The notes beneath the pieces are model-generated. The model searched no databases and was not told the origin of the DNA. It saw nothing but the letters and a program-made list of their open reading frames with translations. From contig NC_068984.1 in assembly GCF_001194135.2 (NCBI RefSeq), positions 13,700,246 to 13,758,445 of the forward strand: DNA of 58,200 nt, in the 5' to 3' direction. The position numbers and the translations under genes are program-made. The stretch comes from Octopus bimaculoides. Lineage: Eukaryota. Shown here in pieces: positions 24,121 through 37,871 of this stretch (position 1 is its first letter; each line of letters starts with the position of its first letter).

Positions 24121-27100
24121 GAGATTTAGAAATGTATTATTTCTATAAATGTTAATGGTTTTGTTTTACTCTGAGATGACTTTTGGCCAACCCTGGATAC
24201 ATGTATATAATTGTTAAAGAGGCCAACAAACATTAAGGCAAGGCAAACATCTTAAGTCGTATACAATATTATTATTAGAGGAAATTCAAAGTCTTACAGC
24301 TGTTTCTGAAGTGTATATATGGCAAGAAGAAAATGGACGGAATCCAGGGGTGATATTCATCAGTTGTTAGACATTATGATACTTCTATTCATTCATTTTA
24401 AACATTTCAGATAATATATGAATACATGTATAAAGTATTAGTAGTTTCTAGAATAGAGAAAAGAGAAAGAATAGCAATTTATAACAGCTGTTTCAGCCTA
24501 GAGGTCACAGTACCCCATATGTCATTTCCTTCTTTTCAGTGTATTGTAAATCTGTAGATCAAATTAGGGAACTCATACGGAGAGAGAGATTGAGAGAGTG
24601 AATGAGAGATTATGACAGCGTTCAGGTGAAACCTGGTGCAATAATGTGTATATAAAAGTAAACACGAACATTGAGAAAGGTTTCGAAAATTAATAGAAAT
24701 ATCAAATTTACATTCAGTCATAAAAATATAAATGAGAACACGGGTATTGAAAGCAATTCTGTTCTATGGGTTAAATTTGATATTATAATTCTAAAGGGTG
24801 CAAGACAAACATGATATAGTCTCGGGTAGGGTGCATAAAAACTCTGAGCAGACTTTATAAGAGATACAGTAAATAGTCCGTATTAGATTTAGAAAAATGC
24901 CATTATATTTCGCAAAATGTAATCAACTTAGCAAAATGGACTTTTAACATGAGTAAATCTTACTTAAAATTAGAACCCTTGATGTTATATTCCACAACAC
25001 ATAGACGCTAAAAGCGTCGATCGAGGATAGATTTTATTTTTTACATCATCTTATCGAGCAGAGCTACATAATAACGACAATGCAGATAAAACATATATTT
25101 GCGTATTTTTGTGAAAACCTTTATATATTCTGCTAAGAAGAGAAAATTGAAGAAAAAATTAAATTACTTTTAGGCAAACAGAATGAAATCATTTTTGAGA
25201 GATAGACAGAAAGTAAATTCATGATTCCGACGCTACCTTTCGATGAATTACCGGAAAAAAAATTATGAAGTAATACTCAAGCGACAACTCTGAATATGAT
25301 GAACGTTTTTTTTGTTTTTTTTTTGTGTTACAAAATTTGCAAATTTGATTATGGTCTTCCACGTAGAAGTAAATGTGGCAAATTTGTTTTAGAATGAAAC
25401 ACATTTATGGAACGGCAGAATATGTTTTGGGAAATGAACTATCCCAAGCGGCACACCTTTTTACTCACATTGCACTCTGTTAAAACGTTTTTATTTTAAA
25501 TAATGATCTAGCCTTAGTTATGAAATTTTTACTGCGCAAAAAGTAATTGTAACAGTTTCTATATTTAAAAATTTATGCAAATTGATTTGGTGACTTGGTT
25601 ACACTATATTTAACTATCCTGATGATATCTAATATACCGAAACATGTCTATAGCCGTCCCTTAACAAACAAAATACTTTCCATTTCTTAACAATGAAATT
25701 TAACTTTTAGTAACCTATTCGTAATTTCTTCTAACTTAGACATAATACGTTCCCCGGTGATACATTATCCCCTGGGACCTTGGATGCTTCCAGCTGAGTC
25801 CACTCTATTGCAGCCATATAGGCCAGGCTTCTCAAACGAGGATATTTCCATCCCTCTCTCCAACCACACTTGGAAACCATGAAAATATCATGAGCTCTAA
25901 TGTCTCCCAAGCTGTGAAGACGATGACATTAATAAAAATACATTTTTGTGTCCCTAACATCTGCTGCTAGGTTTTTGTTTCTTTTCTCCGTCTTAAATAG
26001 GAATTTCAATTAATTACGTAAAACATTCATTACTTACGTTACTGTTTAAATAATTATCCAAATTCCTGTCATGTGTTTATTTAAATTATGTCCCTTAGAT
26101 TATTTATTTTATAACTGGATTCAGTCTGATTTAATCCACAGCTTCGGGTAAAGAAGACACGATTCAAAAACGAACCGAATTTTGAATGTCATCCAAATTG
26201 ATTCGCGTTGATGTCTCCCTGAGACTCTGAGATGGGTGAGAAGTTAAGGGGCAATTAATTCGATAAAGATGTACCTACTGCCATACAGTCCTAGCTTGTC
26301 AAAAACTTTGCCTGGAGGAACTGAAACCCCAGCTTATTTTATAATCTAACAGGAAATAGGTGTCAGTGGACACAAACTTAATTCTATAGACGTTTTCTCT
26401 CTTGGGACATAAAGTTCCACATTTATTAGTGGGTTCACAAGATACATTGTACATAGACTTGCGTTCGACTAAATATCGTTAAAAAAAGAAAAACAAAAAA
26501 GATACTTTACACAAAGAAACTCCTGTTGGTAATGAAAACTGAGTGACACTTCATATCTGCCACAATTCTTTGGTAAGCCAATAAAAATGGTGGATCATAT
26601 CCAAGCTGCGATATAGTAAGCCAGACTGTTGCATACGCTCTCGTCATATGCCTATAACTGCCTATTCATTAGCCTAAAGTGAACAGCCAAAGGAAGGATC
26701 AAATTATTGCCAATAGAGCCTGACGTGATCATCGTCCCATATTTCTTAAACCACGAAGGTAAAATAATTTCCTCTTTATTTTAAACAAAGGTCGAATGAT
26801 TTGAGCCTTGTTAATTTTATACATTACACTGCATATTTTAGTGGTGTTGATTGATGTAATGTGGAGGCGCAATCACCCAGTGGTTAGTCGGTGTCGAACG
26901 TATCGTTAGGTCTTTCTCTTTGTAGATTACGAGATTGCAGTTATCAGCTTAGAAAAGATCGTGAATGAGACACATGAAATCTTTTATTACTATAACGACA
27001 GGTGCTGAAGATGTTTCTTGTTGTATGGTTACGGAGCAGATACACTGCTATGCGCAAAGGTTTGCAAGCTTACAATAGCAAAGGAAACAGTGAACAATAT

Positions 27101-27743
27101 TCAGTCGGAGTAGTTGTACCTATTTCTCAAATACAGGCCTACTCAGCAACAACAGTGGTTATGGAGGCGCACCCCACCCATATATCAATGTGATATCCAG
27201 CAATTATCCCGTGTGCACGTAGGGTAGCGGAGTGTGTGCCTCAGTTATTGGAGTCGCTCGGTATTGTAGGTTCTAGCATGAAGATGCTCAGCCTGCTATG
27301 ATGAAGCTGACTTATAATCGGTGTGGAATGAATTGTTAGTGTCTTGTAGGCTTTGGACGTCATAGGAGATGTAACCAGCGATGAGGAGTCCAAACATGAA
27401 ATGTTCGTTGAGTGAAATTTGTTCAGGAAGAGGTCGTATTTTCACGCGTTCATTTCCACCATACGTAGGCGAGCAAACCGAAACTTCGAAGTCACAGACA
27501 AACTTTTCTTTATAAATGTTAAGAAATTTGTACTCAAGCAAAAGTATAGAATAACACTTCAGTTTCATGTTGATTTCTCATATAACTTGGCAAACACATC
27601 AGTATATATACATATGCATATATGTGTGTGTGTATGTGTGTGTGTATTTATGTATGTATATATGTGTGTATTTTTTCTTTTGTATGTATACTTTTCATTT
27701 ATTCATTCTTTTTCATTCTCTCTCTGTTTATTTTCTCTTATTC

Positions 27744-27872
27744 CTTTCTGTTGAAGAGCGTAGGCTCGAAACGTAAAAGATTTTTTTCATTTTTCTGAGC
27801 GTCAAACTAATTCACTTGCATGTTGTTCATACACCTACTCTCGTCTTTTGATTTTCTATAAATTTCAACTAT
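27744..27872 (+). mobile_element. Short HHR-bearing repeat, 'CTGTTGA' family, best copy (HHR 27744-27779)
   Basis: cttt|CTGTTGA|a|gagc-gtag-gctc|GAAA|cg|TA|aaag: perfect stems I and II, GUA triplet, A6 replaced by U. Confidence 0.75.
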
Positions 27873-30800
27873 ATACATATATATATATATGGTTCAATTA
27901 CCATTCCTCAATATACGAAGCATACTGTCATTTACAAATAAATATACCGATTACTTTCTCTTCATATCTCATTCACTTCTTACAGTTTTTAATTTAGAGT
28001 GAATTAGGCAAAATATGCCAAAGAAGGAATTAATGGCTTATATAAATTTAGTGTCAAGTACCTCGCCTATACTTAATAAAGCAATTACAAGTCCATCAAT
28101 GACAAGAAAATTTTTAGTTGAACTCAACAAACAAAAACTGAATGGCTTTTTTACTAACTTTTAGTCTCAAATATCAACTGTTTCCCCAACTCGTCATATC
28201 TCGTTAACAATATCATTAATTATCGACGATACACAAATTTGTCTCAAGATATTTTCAACTTAATAATATATCTTAAAAAGTATTTGAAAAATGTTCTAGA
28301 TTATCACTGATACACAATCTAACAGTGGAAGTCAGGTATGAACGTGTTGCTAAGGAGTTCGTTTCACAATAGCGTGGTTAAGAACCGGATCATACTGTTC
28401 AACACTTCGGAAAAAGTGTCTTCTGCCGATTCTCATAGAATACCCTAGAGTTTTCTGTTACATCGGGTAGGCAATAATTACAAGAAAGCGCGTTGGAAAG
28501 GTTCAAGTAGTCCTCGGTGTTAGTTCTAATCTGTCCCTTAATTAAACACGTTCCCTAAACGTAGAGTGATCTTGATGGAACTCGTTCTAATGAGTGCATT
28601 CAGGAGAGGTTATCACTTACGCACCATCCGTCTTTTGATAAATTTATCAGTGCTGCCAACTATTCAGCATATATTTTGTATGTTCTGGAATTCCATGGTG
28701 TTATTTACATTCTTTAGATTCTCCTAAAATGTCTGACACTTGTTTTTTTCTCCCCGTCTTCCTCTTTTTGTTGTTGATATGTATCTTAATACTTCTTGTT
28801 TTTATATTGATGACCATCTGCGGTAGAACAGGCCAACCGGTCTCATTCTCTGTTCAGTTACCGCGTTTTGGCGTCTTTTTCATAGTGGTCTTTGTAACAC
28901 TTTCTTTGTTCTCTGAATCCCGCATTTCCTTGCCAGTGGTTTTGAATTATTCTCTGAATCTGTTTTTTTCTGCCCAGAAGTTTTGCATTAACAGCATTAC
29001 GTTTCTGGTGTAGAAACACGTAGAATAACATTTTTTTAAAAACCTTACATGATAACAATATAATTCTGCACCGTCCTCTCTTATGCTTAGGACGTAAATA
29101 ATATATTTGTAATTGAATATAAATTCAATATGAATAAAAATTTGAAATGCGTCTTTCTGTCTACATTGGAGGAAAACAACCAAACCATAATAGAATTAGA
29201 ATTTTGGAGAATTTTTGCAAATGTGCTATTATTGTTTTCGGAATGTATTATTGCACCATAAATGTTCAGCTTACGTACATCCATTCTTAGATGAAGTGTG
29301 ACCAGAAAATTACGAGTTCACGTTCGGCTGTACAATTACCTTTTATTAGCGATACTTCAGCAAAGTTACAGTCTATTGGTTTCAGCCATAAAAAACGTGA
29401 ATGATTTGATTTACATCTGACTCACTTTTGTTATAGATGATTCAAGGGGGCGAAAAGAATATTAAAAAAAAAATAAAGGTACATATATGGCGAGAGATTA
29501 TTGTCTCACGGTGTGAAATTTCTAATCCTCAACTTTTCCATTTATGACATAAAATACTTCTTTATCATTTTAGAGTTATGTTTTATTTTGTTTAGTGAAA
29601 ACTCTAATTAAATTAATAATATGTAATATGAGGGATTATGTCAATTGAGTGAAACAGTTACATCAAATAAAGGACAATCCATAAGCTTATGAAACAGCCA
29701 TACGTTTTTTTTTTTGCTGAGAATGTTTTATTTATTACTTGATTTAACCCTGACATGAGTACTAAATACATATGTCAGATCCTGTATCTTAGAGGGACAA
29801 CATTTTATATACTATATAATGTTTCACTTTCAGCATTTATTATATTTTAGACAGGAATATAAATTTCATGGAAATTAGGCTTAGATTAAAACAAACCAGA
29901 CGGATGCAGAATTTATTTAAATCAGATTGACTTAAAACTTCCGTAAATTCAAAGGTCTTGAGTTTCGTAAGAGAATGAAATTCACGGCCGTAAGCTGCTT
30001 ATTTATAAGGGATTAAGACTGACTTAAATGTTTTCTGAAGTTGTAAAATGATGCGAACATTTTCTATAGTTTTATGTTTTTGGTGCCAATATATCTGTCA
30101 TTGACAGAGACTGTTCAATAACAATGAATTTTAAATAGATTTCATATCTCACTTAATTAGTTCGGAGAGAATAATTTTGAACCCGCATACACGAGATCTC
30201 GTCCAGTTTTGTATATCATTAGCGATTTGAGTGGTGAATAGAAATTTTTTACAACACCAAGTATGATATTTAGGAATAATATTATATTTGGGATGCTAGG
30301 GAGTATTGGGTAATGACGAGCCCTATGTGTTTAAGAAATGAATGTAAATCAAGAATAAGGTCAAAAATATTTGGAACTTAAAATGACATACGTTCGAACT
30401 CCACAAATAAAACAAAAGTTCTTATACACTCTAGATATAGCAGTAATTATCATACACAAAAATTTCCCTGTATTTATCTTTCATTACATCAGAAGTAACA
30501 CAGGATCAACTTCAAGATTCTTAAGGAATTAATACCATATATCAAATATATTAATATTTTCAGTGTGGAGATTTTTCATGATATATTCTTGGAAATCTTT
30601 ACCTACAGACATGTACTTGAATAGATATCGAACAGTATTTTAGAATTCCGTTCGAGTGAAGTGTCGCCATAGTTTCACCGAATTTTACTTACATAAAAAT
30701 CAACCTTATCCAAATCAGGTTGGCGTTCTTGTCAGAACCATCAGACTCTTTTGACAACACCTTCTTTGCTCAATTAGATTTCGTATAAATATACCGCAAC

Positions 30801-33121
30801 ATCTTTAGTAATGACGCGTATTTTATTATATTTCCTTGAAAATAATACTTCACATTTGATATTTCAAAACACTTACATCAAAATATAATTTTCAATCTGT
30901 TTATTTAGTCTGTTAGGTATATTTAATATATTACGTAGTGTAACATTGATAATACAATTCCGTTTCTTGTTATGGCCACGTAAATAATGTAAAACTAATC
31001 TAATTTGTCTTAGATGTTAAAAGAAAATCATAAGAAACCTGTGAAGTATTGTTTTTGTAAGAAAGTGTTTAACATTTTGAAATAGTATACTTATATCAAA
31101 TGTCTTAGATTGAAATCGAGCACTGTAACTGGAAGAAAAGTATCGCGTAGGACCCAATCTAGCCATTTAATTTTGACCCAACCACTCTTGAAATTCAACA
31201 GCTTTTCGGTGTTAGCAATTATTTGGTCTATGGAACCCTTTCGTTGCTGTATTACTTCTCATAGCCATTTGATGTTTAAAAGAGCTTATATTTTTATAAT
31301 TAAATACCATTAGGAATTATATAAAAAGTTGTTAAAACACGTCGTGTATAGTAGAAGTATTATTAATATACTCCTCATAAATTTTAACAACGAAATCTTA
31401 TATGGCCCCCGGTTGAGAAAGACGGTGTTAAATTACTGTTCAGTTTATCATATAAAACCCATATAGTTCCGTCGCGCAACAGCTTCTAATTAAATCGTTA
31501 TCAATGATCAGTTCTTATAGGTTTTAGTCTTTGTTTTGCTTTTACTTTCTGTTAATGGGTATAAATTCGTGGAGTCATTTGCGGGTCATCATCAATAATT
31601 CTCAACTTACTTTCAACCAAACTCACGCACGAGGCATTGGTCCCACTGGAGCTATTATAGAAGAGACCTGGCCAAGATACTGCGTAAAGTGACTGAAATG
31701 GATATCGCATGGTTTCAAAGCGAGCGAATTGACCACAGAGATATGCCTGCGCCTAAACTTAATTTCCCCTGCATGGATTCAAAACCGAGCTGTTTGGATG
31801 TCAGCCAGGAATCCTTATGTTTATAAACAGCGAACAGAAAACTAACGTTCAAGAAGAGTGAATAAAAAAAAGTGGAAGAGAAACTTGTTGGAATTATGTC
31901 AATGATATGCGCAGATTTTAAACAAGTAAATAATATTGAAACTGAAAATGACTAATGATGACTGGCTGATGTCCATGAGGGCGGAGTGAGTCTACATGAG
32001 TACAAGAAAAGCATATGGGTTTAAGTTTAAGAAGGAAAGGAAGGAGAAGATGAAAAGAAAAGACAGCAGAGATCGAAAAGAACTGACTAGTAACAAACAT
32101 TCAGACAGTTGCATTGGAACTGTGTCAGTACCTAGGCGGAATTATGAGAGGAACATTTCGATCCGTTACAAAACAAATTAAAAGTGAATTTAATAGGTTT
32201 TATCTTAAATGGTGGGAATTGTTCCTCCGTACAATAACTGATGATTTTATAATAGAATACCAGAATGTTCCTTTTTGCCTTAAACATAATCACAGCAGGT
32301 GATTAGGTTTATAGGAAGAGCAATTTCTTTCACTAGAAGTATCTCGTATTTATCTTTTTCTTATTCGTATTTATTATTTCTATTATTTAAACTGTAACAG
32401 AATATATTAAAAGGAATAATTGCTACTTTTACGCGTGAGCGTCATTTTTGTTGAACTAGAAGCCAAAGGTTGAACCATTGATACGCGCGTAAACTTTTTA
32501 ATATTCTGTTAAAGCAAGAGTTTCTCAAGATACGGAAATTGAGAATTGCACATGTTACATATCAAAGGACCTTTTGAATACGTCAGTGCAAATTGATAAT
32601 GCTCGCTACGACAGTTTCTCGTAAAAATCCATGAAGTTATCCGACGAGCAAAAGAGATTTTCTTAATGTCGGAATAAATACACTTTTATATGCAGAAGCT
32701 AATGCGAATGAATACATTTTGTAAACAAATGTGCTTACTTTGTTTGATAATAAGAGGAAATATGCATGACACTAACGGGTTAGAGATTACAATATGTAAA
32801 ATACATGAGGTTATTCCGACAGACAGCGTGAATGGAAGATTTGGAATGAATACTCGTATAAGTGATTGTTAGAGATATTGTTGTATTTCTTTAAGAAGGA
32901 AAAGAATAAAGATGACGATAATTGAGCACGTATGTTATTATCTGTCAGGTTACTGGGTTTACAATCATGCTTTGTATATCATCCTTCTCTCATTCCGTGA
33001 ATATTAATACCGAAAGTTGAGCGATTATAAATGACTTTATTTGTATTATAAACATTGCTACATTCCACATACACTCCTATATACATACACGCATACATAT
33101 ATATAGCTCGAAAACACACAA

Positions 33122-33174
<53 letters not shown>

Positions 33175-33326
33175 AATGTATACACAAAGAGCAGAGAGAC
33201 ACACACATGTATATAAAGAAATGTATATACATATATATGTGTATATACATATATATAGATACATATATATATGTATATATATGTATACATATATATATAT
33301 GTATGTATTTGTGTATATATATATGC

Positions 33327-33358
<32 letters not shown>

Positions 33359-33395
33359 ATGCATAAGGTACATATATGTATATATGTATGCATGA

Positions 33396-33432
<37 letters not shown>

Positions 33433-33442
33433 NNNNNNNNNN

Positions 33443-33476
<34 letters not shown>

Positions 33477-33900
33477 TACATATACACACATACACACAGA
33501 GACACACTCTCAAACACACACACACAAACACACACACATATATATACATACATAGATACTTACATACATAGATACTTACATACATACATACACATGCATA
33601 TATGTATACATATGCAATTGATTCCACGTATATGTGTAACCTTGTAACCGTAAGCGATAACAATCTTCCTAGATATCAATCTGTCATATCGATATATAGG
33701 ATATGGCAAGTAAACCATTTGTAAAAAAAATATATATATATATCACTTCGTTCGTTCGATGTATCAATGCATTTAACGACGTAGGTCGAATCGATGCACT
33801 AAGACTTTTACAAAAAACAGAAAACAGATACATGGAAATAGTAGTTATGTGTGTGTAATTACATATGTGTGTGTGTATGTATATATATATATATATATAT

Positions 33901-34737
33901 NNNNNNNNNNNNNNNNNNNNNNNNNNNNNNNNNNNNNNNNNNNNNNNNNNNNNNNNNNNNNNNNNNNNNNNNNNNNNNNNNNNNNNNNNNNNNNNNNNNN
34001 NNNNNNNNNNNNNNNNNNNNNNNNNNNNNNNNNNNNNNNNNNNNNNNNNNNNNNNNNNNNNNNNNNNNNNNNNNNNNNNNNNNNNNNNNNNNNNNNNNNN
34101 NNNNNNNNNNNNNNNNNNNNNNNNNNNNNNNNNNNNNNNNNNNNNNNNNNNNNNNNNNNNNNNNNNNNNNNNNNNNNNNNNNNNNNNNNNNNNNNNNNNN
34201 NNNNNNNNNNNNNNNNNNNNNNNNNNNNNNNNNNNNNNNNNNNNNNNNNNNNNNNNNNNNNNNNNNNNNNNNNNNNNNNNNNNNNNNNNNNNNNNNNNNN
34301 NNNNNNNNNNNNNNNNNNNNNNNNNNNNNNNNNNNNNNNNNNNNNNNNNNNNNNNNNNNNNNNNNNNNNNNNNNNNNNNNNNNNNNNNNNNNNNNNNNNN
34401 NNNNNNNNNNNNNNNNNNNNNNNNNNNNNNNNNNNNNNNNNNNNNNNNNNNNNNNNNNNNNNNNNNNNNNNNNNNNNNNNNNNNNNNNNNNNNNNNNNNN
34501 NNNNNNNNNNNNNNNNNNNNNNNNNNNNNNNNNNNNNNNNNNNNNNNNNNNNNNNNNNNNNNNNNNNNNNNNNNNNNNNNNNNNNNNNNNNNNNNNNNNN
34601 NNNNNNNNNNNNNNNNNNNNNNNNNNNNNNNNNNNNNNNNNNNNNNNNNNNNNNNNNNNNNNNNNNNNNNNNNNNNNNNNNNNNNNNNNNNNNNNNNNNN
34701 NNNNNNNNNNNNNNNNNNNNNNNNNNNNNNNNNNNNN
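33901..34737. other. Assembly gap (largest of about 20 N-runs)
   Basis: Run of N; most gaps are bounded by (TA)n or (TG)n tracts. Confidence 0.98.
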
Positions 34738-34775
<38 letters not shown>

Positions 34776-34819
34776 AGAGAGAGAAATAGAGAAAGAGAGA
34801 GAAAGAGAGAGGAAAAGAG

Positions 34820-34851
<32 letters not shown>

Positions 34852-35164
34852 TCAGAGAAAGAAAGTGTTACATCATTTTATAAGTATGCATTTTTATATA
34901 CACATTCATCATATATACGTGTGTGTGTGTGTGTGTGTGTTTCTTTGTGTATACTACTGTGTTTTCTTATGCTGATGAGTAATGACTGGCATATTCTTTT
35001 GCAACTAAGTTTTATATCAGCTAGAGTATAGAATTATAATACCTTGGATTTATAAACATCATCTGTGTATGAATTCTTGATGGATATACACCAGTGGCAG
35101 ACATGATTGCGGCTTATGATTTTATATAAGTCTCTTCTTTTATATATATATATATATATATATT

Positions 35165-35345
35165 TATTCGAGAGGAACTTTCTTCACACCTGTACCGAAG
35201 AAAGACAATCATCATTTATTTTACCGATTCCAAAGGATGAACTCCAAGATCGACCTCAGTGGCATTTTAACTCGGATCGTTTAGCTGGAAGAAATGCCTC
35301 GAAGCATTTTTCCCGGCGTGGTGAAGACTCTACCAACGCGTCGCG
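35165..35345 (-). mobile_element. SINE family A, old degenerate copy
   Basis: aaggatgaa...gatcgacctcagtggcattttaactc...aagcatttttcccggcgtg aligns loosely to family A. Confidence 0.55.
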
Positions 35346-35968
35346 TTATTTGTATTAAATATCAAAATGAAAATGAGAATATAAATTTTCAAATTAAAAC
35401 TATTTATTAAAATAAGATAATTAAATAAAACAAATTGCACTTGTGCACATTTGCAATAAATACAGGTCATCAATGACAATGATGTTGTTTAATTAACAAT
35501 TTATCGCTGATATAGCGTAATAATTAATTGTAAGATAGTTTGACAATGTTTGCGTGACCAACTAACCAACCAACAATAAATATTGTTGCAGGTTAACCGT
35601 GATGTGACAATGTTTTAATACCTGTCATTTAGTTTTGCGGCTGTAAGAAATAATTATAATTCATTTCTTGTAATATTGGATGGTGTATATACCAAATACT
35701 CAAATGGATCTGATTTTGAGGAAGATTTATTAACTTGAATAAAGATAATTTGTTTCGATAATGTAACGGTAATACTTAGAGTACCTAACGCATAGAATAC
35801 CTATTATTCTCAAGAGAGTGACCATCTAAGTTGTAATTAAGCCCAGCGTCACTTTATAGAAGAAAATATAATATCGTTAGATTTACAGTTAGTGTAAAAC
35901 TGTGAAAAAAGAATTTGAGAAATTTTACAACGTTAACAAAATTCCCACATTGTATACATACATGCACA

Positions 35969-36062
<94 letters not shown>

Positions 36063-36141
36063 ACACACACACATATATAATATATAAGATATAAATGCAC
36101 ATATATACATACGTACATGTACATACATCACTTTTACTCTT

Positions 36142-36272
36142 TTACTTGTTTCAGTCAGGTGACTGCATCCATGCTAGAGCACCGCCATTAATCGAGAAAA
36201 TCGACCCCAGGACTTATTCTTTGTAAGCCTAGTACTTATTCTATCGGTCTCTTTTTGCCGAAGCGCTAAGTT
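36142..36272 (-). mobile_element. SINE family B, 3' half
   Basis: ttgtttcagtc...catgctagagcaccgcc...cgaccccaggacttattctttgtaagcctagtacttattctatcggtctc. Confidence 0.85.
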
Positions 36273-36548
36273 ACATACATATATACATATATATATTAAT
36301 ATGTGTCTTTGTCTCTGTATATCTCTTATAACACTTGACATCCGGTGCTTGCCTGATTACGTCACCATAAACTAGCAATTTGGCATAAGAGGCCGATAGA
36401 AAATGTACCAAGATTTAAAAAAGGCTTGAACTGAGTTTGATTTGTTGCCACAACAGAGCCGCAGTCTAACGACCGAAACAAGTGAAAGACAGAAAAGTTA
36501 AAACAGGTGTTGCGTAATGGAAATCTATTAATGTACTGAATCGACAGT

Positions 36549-36826
36549 GAAGGCGCGTGGCTTAGTGGTTAGGGCATTCGGCTCACGATCGTAAGACACT
36601 TTATTTCACGTTGCTCCAGTCCATTCAGCTGGCAAAAATGAGTAGTACCTGGATTTGAAAGGGCCAGCCTCGTCATACTTTGTGTTACGCTGAATCTCCT
36701 ACAGAACAACATTAAGGGTACACGTGTTTGTGGAGTGCTCAGCCACTTGCACGTTAATTTCACGAGCAAGCTATTTCGTTGATCGGATCAACTGGGACCC
36801 CCGTCTTCGTAACCGACGGAGTGCTC
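36549..36826 (+). mobile_element. tRNA-derived SINE, family C, internally deleted
   Basis: aaggcgcgtggcttagtggttagggcattcggctcacgatcgtaag (tRNA-like 5' arm)...aagggtacacgtgtttgtggagtgctcagccact. Confidence 0.8.
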
Positions 36827-37398
36827 CTTTTTTTTTTTCTTTTTTGTTGAATTTACTCTTTGTGTCATTTCTGTTTGTAGCATCAATTAAACCAATTTTG
36901 CATCCATTAATAGTTGCTTCATATTTTAGTGAAATACTTTTGATAACTTAGCCTGAAGAGGAAAAGAAACAGTAGTCACCCTTTTTCCAGGCTCTGCAAA
37001 ATTGACGTGGAAGCTAACCCAGACAGAAAATTTCGTTCAATTATCTGCAACGGAGGTGAATCGAAGCTATCATGAAAAAGAGACCAGGTGGTGATGTAAA
37101 ACCAGACAACAGATGAACGAGATAAACGTTGAAGCTGATATACTGAAATAGATAATGTAATGAATGAGATTGAAAGTATTTTGTGAAAGATTAAAAATAG
37201 CGAAAAACATAAAAAGGAGAAAACAAATGCCGCAATCAACAAGATTTTGTTTTTGAAAATTTTCAACAAATGAATTTCTTTCTTATTCATCATTAAATTC
37301 AAATTACACTTAGGGAAAATCCGTAATTTATCAAATATTACAGTTGCTAATTCTTTCATTAATCAATACATTTTTAATGTTATTAATTATTCTTGTAT

Positions 37399-37431
<33 letters not shown>

Positions 37432-37840
37432 ATATCTGTCTGTCTGTATGTCTGTCTGTCCATTTGTCTGTCTATCTATCCATTTGTATATGTATCTATC
37501 CATTTGTCCTTTTATCTACCTACCTACCTACCTACCTACCTACCTATCTAGCTATTTATCTCTCTATATATCATATTTAAATATATATGTGTATGTATGT
37601 GTTTATGTATGTGTACTTCCTCCTAGCTTTTCCCTCTTTTACTTCCCTTCCATACACACACACTCCCCCCACACACACACACACAGGCCCCCCCACACNN
37701 NNNNNNNNACACTCCCCCCACACACACACACACAGGCCCCCCCACACACACCCCACATATATATATATAGGAAAGGGGAGAGAGAGCGAGAGAGTGAAAG
37801 AGAGAGAGAAAAGTGAGAGGATCACACATATTCATACATA

Positions 37841-37871
<31 letters not shown>

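Noticed and set aside
32395-32511. About 115-bp imperfect inverted repeat
   Set aside because: The arms are short and AT-rich, single copy in the window, with no clear TSD; possibly a MITE relic but not supportable.
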